DNA of 64,000 nucleotides from Escherichia coli (GTDB lineage Bacteria; Pseudomonadota; Gammaproteobacteria; Enterobacterales; Enterobacteriaceae): NCBI RefSeq assembly GCF_045037415.1, contig NZ_CP173438.1; one strand, 5' to 3'. Shown piece by piece: positions 63,358 to 64,000 of this stretch (position 1 is its first letter; each line of letters starts with the position of its first letter). The notes under the pieces were generated by a model. It saw only the letters and a program-made list of their open reading frames with translations, ran no database searches and was not told where the DNA came from. The position numbers and the translations under genes were made by a program.

Positions 63358-64000
63358 ATGGATTATACGCTCACCCGCATAGATCCCAACGGTGAGAACG
63401 ACCGTTACCCCCTGCAAAAGCAGGAGATCGTAACCGACCCTCTGGAGCAAGAAGTTAACAAAAACGTGTTTATGGGCAAGCTCAATGACATGGTTAACTG
63501 GGGTCGTAAAAACTCAATTTGGCCGTATAACTTCGGCCTTTCCTGCTGTTACGTTGAGATGGTGACTTCGTTTACCGCGGTGCATGACGTGGCGCGTTTT
63601 GGCGCTGAAGTATTGCGTGCTTCGCCGCGTCAGGCTGACCTGATGGTGGTTGCAGGAACCTGCTTTACCAAAATGGCACCGGTTATTCAGCGTTTGTATG
63701 ACCAGATGCTGGAACCAAAATGGGTTATCTCAATGGGTGCCTGTGCCAACTCCGGCGGTATGTACGATATTTATTCCGTTGTGCAGGGCGTTGATAAATT
63801 CATCCCGGTTGATGTGTATATCCCGGGCTGTCCGCCGCGTCCTGAAGCGTACATGCAGGCACTGATGCTGTTGCAGGAATCTATCGGTAAAGAACGTCGT
63901 CCGCTCTCCTGGGTGGTTGGCGATCAGGGCGTTTATCGCGCCAATATGCAATCAGAGCGCGAACGCAAGCGCGGTGAACGCATTGCCGTAACCAACCTGC
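63358..64000 (+). CDS. nuoB: NADH:quinone oxidoreductase subunit B, 3' end beyond window
   Basis: Open frame [22 protein letters not shown]... with Fe-S cluster Cys motifs ([21 protein letters not shown]) running to the window edge. Confidence 0.9.

Overview
This window reads as an Escherichia coli chromosomal segment, in reverse orientation relative to the K-12 map, running from a tRNA-Arg (argW-type) locus through yfdC, mlaA, fadL, fadIJ, sixA, the yfcOPQRSUV chaperone-usher fimbrial operon, smrB-prmB-aroC-mepA, mnmC, fabB, pdxB-usg-truA-dedA-accD-folC-dedD, cvpA-purF-ubiX, argT-hisJQMP, folX, yfcC, pta-ackA, yfbR/alaA and lrhA to nuoA and the start of nuoB. Gene identities are from recognising the translated proteins; no searches were run. 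Almost all of it is ordinary conserved core genome. The exception is the first ~4.1 kb: a P4-type tyrosine integrase lies next to the tRNA-Arg 3' end, and between it and a 5'-truncated Ogr/Delta-like zinc-finger gene sits a visibly AT-rich two-gene cassette (908..2761) of unrecognised proteins. The first protein carries a PD-(D/E)xK nuclease-like motif. This integrase-proximal position is where P4-like satellites carry variable anti-phage cargo, so the cassette is the best candidate for an undescribed defence system; that remains a hypothesis. The island's far boundary lies outside the window. Other notes: the fimbrial usher is intact, REP/BIME repeats and FadR, FabR, PurR and sigma54 sites are visible, and a 16-bp direct repeat flanks yfcH.
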